Below are positions 60,893 to 64,000 of a DNA stretch of 64,000 nt, piece after piece. Every line of letters starts with the position of its first letter. Position 1 is the stretch's first letter. The DNA lies in contig JACJYZ010000002.1 of the NCBI GenBank assembly GCA_020635855.1, forward strand, positions 79,937 to 143,936, in the 5' to 3' direction. The translations under genes and the position numbers were made by a program. The notes under the pieces are model-generated. The model saw only the letters and a list, made by a program, of their open reading frames with translations, was not told where the DNA came from and made no database searches. This DNA is from Flavobacteriales bacterium. GTDB taxonomy: Bacteria; Bacteroidota; Bacteroidia; JACJYZ01.

Positions 60893-61729
60893 ATGTCACA
60901 AATTACCGCTTCAGATGTAAACAAACTGCGCCAGCAAACCGGTGCAGGTATGATGGATTGCAAGAATGCACTCACCGAAGCCGGTGGGGATTTTCAAAAA
61001 GCCATTGAAATCCTTCGCAAAAAAGGACAGAAAATTGCTGACAAGCGTTCCGATCGTGAAGCCAATGAAGGTTATGTGGTTGCCAAGACCGATGCCAACG
61101 AAAAGAAAGGTATCCTGATCGCATTGAACTGTGAGACCGATTTTGTGGCCAAGAACCAGGACTTCATCGACCTCGCCAATTCCATCGCTGAAACCGCACT
61201 GGCCCACAATGTGAAAAGCATTGATGAACTGAAGCAACTGGAATCGAACGGCAAAACCATTGAAGCGAACATTACCGACGAAATGGGCAAGATCGGTGAG
61301 AAACTCGAAATCACCGCTTTCGAACAGATCAATTCCGAAAGGGTTGTGGCCTACAACCACCCCGGTAACAAGCTAGCTACCCTCGTGGGCGTAAACATCG
61401 CTGACGGAGATGCCGTGAGCAAAGTGGCACGTGAAGTGGCCATGCAGGTAGCTGCCATGAACCCCGTCGCCCTGGATAAAGAAGATGTAAGCGCTGAAAC
61501 GATTGAACAGGAACTGGAGATCGCCAGAGAACTGGCACGTAAGGAAGGTAAGCCGGAAGACATGCTGGATAAGATCGCACAGGGCAAACTCAACAAGTTC
61601 TACAAGGAGAGCACGCTGCTGAACCAGGACTTCGTTCGCGACACCAAGAAAACCGTACGGCAATACCTCGGAGAGGTGAACAAAGACCTATCCGTCAGCG
61701 CCTTCAGGCGTGTCGGCCTCGGCATCTAA
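60893..61729 (+). CDS. tsf: elongation factor Ts
   Basis: UBA-like N-terminus (ITASDVNKLRQQTGAGMMDCKNAL). 278 aa. Confidence 0.93.
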   Translation: MSQITASDVNKLRQQTGAGMMDCKNALTEAGGDFQKAIEILRKKGQKIADKRSDREANEGYVVAKTDANEKKGILIALNCETDFVAKNQDFIDLANSIAETALAHNVKSIDELKQLESNGKTIEANITDEMGKIGEKLEITAFEQINSERVVAYNHPGNKLATLVGVNIADGDAVSKVAREVAMQVAAMNPVALDKEDVSAETIEQELEIARELARKEGKPEDMLDKIAQGKLNKFYKESTLLNQDFVRDTKKTVRQYLGEVNKDLSVSAFRRVGLGI

Positions 61730-61742
61730 GAAATATTTGAAA

Positions 61743-61770
61743 AGAGAGATTCAGTTCTCTCTTTTTTTTT
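61743..61770 (+). terminator. rho-independent terminator after tsf
   Basis: AGAGAGA-ttcagt-TCTCTCT hairpin followed by a T9 run. Confidence 0.65.
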
Positions 61771-61794
61771 GCACCAACTTATTCGCACACATAC

Positions 61795-62502
61795 ATGAAA
61801 TACAAAAGGGTACTGTTAAAATTGAGTGGAGAAGCCCTCATGGGCCAGAAGAGTTTCGGCATTGATAACACCAGGCTGAACCAGTATGCATCCGAGATCA
61901 GATCGGTGGTTGAACTGGGTGTTGAACTGGCCGTTGTAGTGGGGGGAGGAAATATTTTCCGCGGTATCGAAGCTTCCAAAGGCGGCATTGACCGCGTACA
62001 TGCCGATTACATGGGCATGCTGGCCACAGTCATCAATGGAATGGCACTTCAATCAGCCCTGGAATCAATCGGTTTACAAACCCGGCTGCTTTCTGCCATT
62101 AAAATGGAACAGATCTGCGAGCCCTTTATCCGTCGCCGCGCCGTACGTCACCTTGAAAAAGGTCGGGTGGTTATCTTCGGAGCCGGCACAGGTAATCCCT
62201 ATTTCACCACGGATACGGCGGCTACCCTGCGTGCCATCGAGATCGAAGCAGACATCATCCTGAAAGGCACACGCGTTGACGGTGTGTATACCGCCGATCC
62301 GGAGAAGGATGCAACCGCTACACGGTATGATAAGGTAACCTTTGCAGAGGTGTATGAAAAGGAACTCAACGTGATGGACATGACGGCTTTTACGCTGTGC
62401 AATGAGAACAAACTGCCCATCATCGTGTTCGATATCAATGCCCCCGGAAACCTCTCAAGGATTGTTCAGGGCGAATCGGTGGGTACACTGGTTGAGTTTT
62501 GA
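61795..62502 (+). CDS. pyrH: UMP kinase
   Basis: [12 protein letters not shown]...[11 protein letters not shown] signature. Confidence 0.93.
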   Translation: MKYKRVLLKLSGEALMGQKSFGIDNTRLNQYASEIRSVVELGVELAVVVGGGNIFRGIEASKGGIDRVHADYMGMLATVINGMALQSALESIGLQTRLLSAIKMEQICEPFIRRRAVRHLEKGRVVIFGAGTGNPYFTTDTAATLRAIEIEADIILKGTRVDGVYTADPEKDATATRYDKVTFAEVYEKELNVMDMTAFTLCNENKLPIIVFDINAPGNLSRIVQGESVGTLVEF

Positions 62503-62550
62503 TCGCCCCACCGGCCGATCCCCAGATTTTATTATTTTTGAGCAAATCAT

Positions 62551-63126
62551 TTGCACATCACCATGACTCCGGAATTAAAAGCCTGCATCGAAAATGCGAA
62601 AAAACAAATGGCGAGATCCATCGACCATCTGGAAGCCGAACTTCTGAAAATACGTGCAGGAAGGGCCAATGCCACCATGCTCGATAGTGTGCATGTGGAT
62701 TATTACGGCACCAGCACCCCGTTGAGTCAGGTGGCCAATGTATCCGCACCGGATCCCAAAACACTGACCATTCAGCCCTGGGAAAAATCCATGATCGAAC
62801 CCATTGAAAAGGCCATCCGCGAATCCAACCTGGGCTTCAATCCGCAGAATGATGGAGCCCTGGTGCGCATCAGCATCCCGCCACTCACGGAAGAGCGTCG
62901 GGTGGAATTGGTGAAGAAGACCAAATCGGAAGGCGAAAACGGAAAAGTGAGCCTGAGAAACATCCGCAGAGAAGCCAATGATGCCATCAAAGGCATGGTG
63001 AAGAACGGACTAGCGGAAGACCTGGCCAAAGATGCCGAGCATGAAATTCAGCAGCTGACCGATCAGTTCTCACGCAAGATCGATGGCCACCTCGAACAGA
63101 AGGAAAAGGAGATCATGACCGTCTGA
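62551..63126 (+). CDS. frr: ribosome recycling factor
   Basis: RRF fold motifs (IPPLTEERRVELVKK). Start at 62551 or 62563. Confidence 0.9.
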   Translation: MHITMTPELKACIENAKKQMARSIDHLEAELLKIRAGRANATMLDSVHVDYYGTSTPLSQVANVSAPDPKTLTIQPWEKSMIEPIEKAIRESNLGFNPQNDGALVRISIPPLTEERRVELVKKTKSEGENGKVSLRNIRREANDAIKGMVKNGLAEDLAKDAEHEIQQLTDQFSRKIDGHLEQKEKEIMTV

Positions 63127-63128
63127 GG

Positions 63129-64000
63129 TCACCCCCAAACTTTTGTGCCCTCCGAGCAGTTTTTACAGATATCAATTTCCGAGCGTGAAGAGAACAGGCT
63201 TCTGCGGAAGTTCTGGTAGGCAGCTCCGTTCCAGATCTCACTGAATGAGTTTTCCTGAAGACTACCCATGTTGTGGGTGGCGTCCTTGTCGAAGCAGCAT
63301 GGTACCACACGCCCGTCCCAGGTGATCACACAACTGTGCCACATACGCCAGCACTGATCGTCAAGGCTGTTCTTGACAGCATACTTACCATCGGCAAGCT
63401 TGCGGTATCTTGAATATTTGTCCTGATCCGGAATCAGCGGATTGCCGTTTTCAAAATCATACACCTGGGCGGTTTTCAATCGCAAATCATCCACTCCGAT
63501 TTCTTTGGCCAGTTGACGAATGACCGGGATCTCGTGCTCGTTCGGTTTCACCACCAGGAATTGGAAAAAGGTATAGGGAGTTTGGGAGCGAAGCTTTTTC
63601 TTCCACTTGATGATGTTGCGGCTTCCTTCCAGTACTTTTTCCAGCGAACCCTCTCGCCTGTAAGATTCATACGATGTCTGTGTGGTGCCGTCAATGGAGA
63701 TGATCAGCCTGTCTAATCCGGATTCCACGGTACGACGTGCATGTTCATCATCAAGGAAATGGGCATTGGTGGAGGTAGCTGTGTATATGTTTCGTTGGGA
63801 TGCCATTTGCACCAATTCCAGGAAATCCGGGTTCAGGTAAGGCTCCCCCTGGAAATACAAGGTCATGTATGCAACGTGAGAAGATACATCGTCGAGCACC
63901 TTCCGGAACAGATCTGTCTGAAGTCTGCCGGTTGGACGGGAGAAGGATCTGAGCCCTGACGGGCATTCAGGGCATCGCAGGTTGCATGCTGTGGTTGGCT
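63129..64000 (-). CDS. radical SAM / SPASM-domain protein, N-terminus beyond the window edge (partial)
   Basis: A CNLRCPEC (CX3CX2C) motif is encoded at about 63970-63993 on the minus strand. C-terminal Cys-rich SPASM/twitch-like segment (CWRMWHSCVITWDGRVVPCCFDKD...CKNCSEG). The reading frame is open to the window end. Confidence 0.65.
   Translation of the reverse strand, partial: PTTACNLRCPECPSGLRSFSRPTGRLQTDLFRKVLDDVSSHVAYMTLYFQGEPYLNPDFLELVQMASQRNIYTATSTNAHFLDDEHARRTVESGLDRLIISIDGTTQTSYESYRREGSLEKVLEGSRNIIKWKKKLRSQTPYTFFQFLVVKPNEHEIPVIRQLAKEIGVDDLRLKTAQVYDFENGNPLIPDQDKYSRYRKLADGKYAVKNSLDDQCWRMWHSCVITWDGRVVPCCFDKDATHNMGSLQENSFSEIWNGAAYQNFRRSLFSSRSEIDICKNCSEGTKVWG

Overview
This is a 64 kb chromosomal window from a Bacteroidetes-type genome (Chitinophagia/Sphingobacteriia-like). 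Evidence for that placement: TAnnTTTG -7 promoter boxes, no Shine-Dalgarno sequences, a T9SS C-terminal sorting domain, and an alternative complex III operon followed by caa3 oxidase genes. Flank GC is roughly 57% by eye. Most of the window is conserved housekeeping: dnaG, dnaB, accA, ispE, rimP-nusA-infB, the actABCDEF and coxB/coxA respiratory cluster, ruvB, queG, ubiX, nrdJ, a DEAD-box helicase, pdxH, gdhA, kbl, and rplM-rpsI-rpsB-tsf-pyrH-frr. Two stretches look accessory. (1) At 5.7-6.3 kb there is a RelE/ParE-antitoxin pair whose toxin carries a -1 frameshift in a C4 homopolymer. (2) At about 11.9-18.4 kb an AT-rich island (roughly 40-45% GC by eye) sits between accA and ispE. It holds lipoproteins, small cytosolic proteins, a class-II Fic (DUF4172-Fic) protein, and a duplicated 5' gene module: a 38-aa truncated copy and a 69-aa full copy of a Cys/His-rich zinc-ribbon-like small protein, each immediately followed by a different partner gene. 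I rank this island as the most likely candidate for an undescribed cassette or immunity-like system. The island and other gene ends carry at least three families of short intergenic repeats: a TGAACCACATAGGCACA palindrome, a GCCACAAAG...CTTTGTGGC REP-like element, and a 50-bp post-stop element plus a 13-bp ATCCTGCTCCATC motif. There is also an 8-bp x7 tandem repeat in a divergent promoter region. I found no tRNA, rRNA or CRISPR array.
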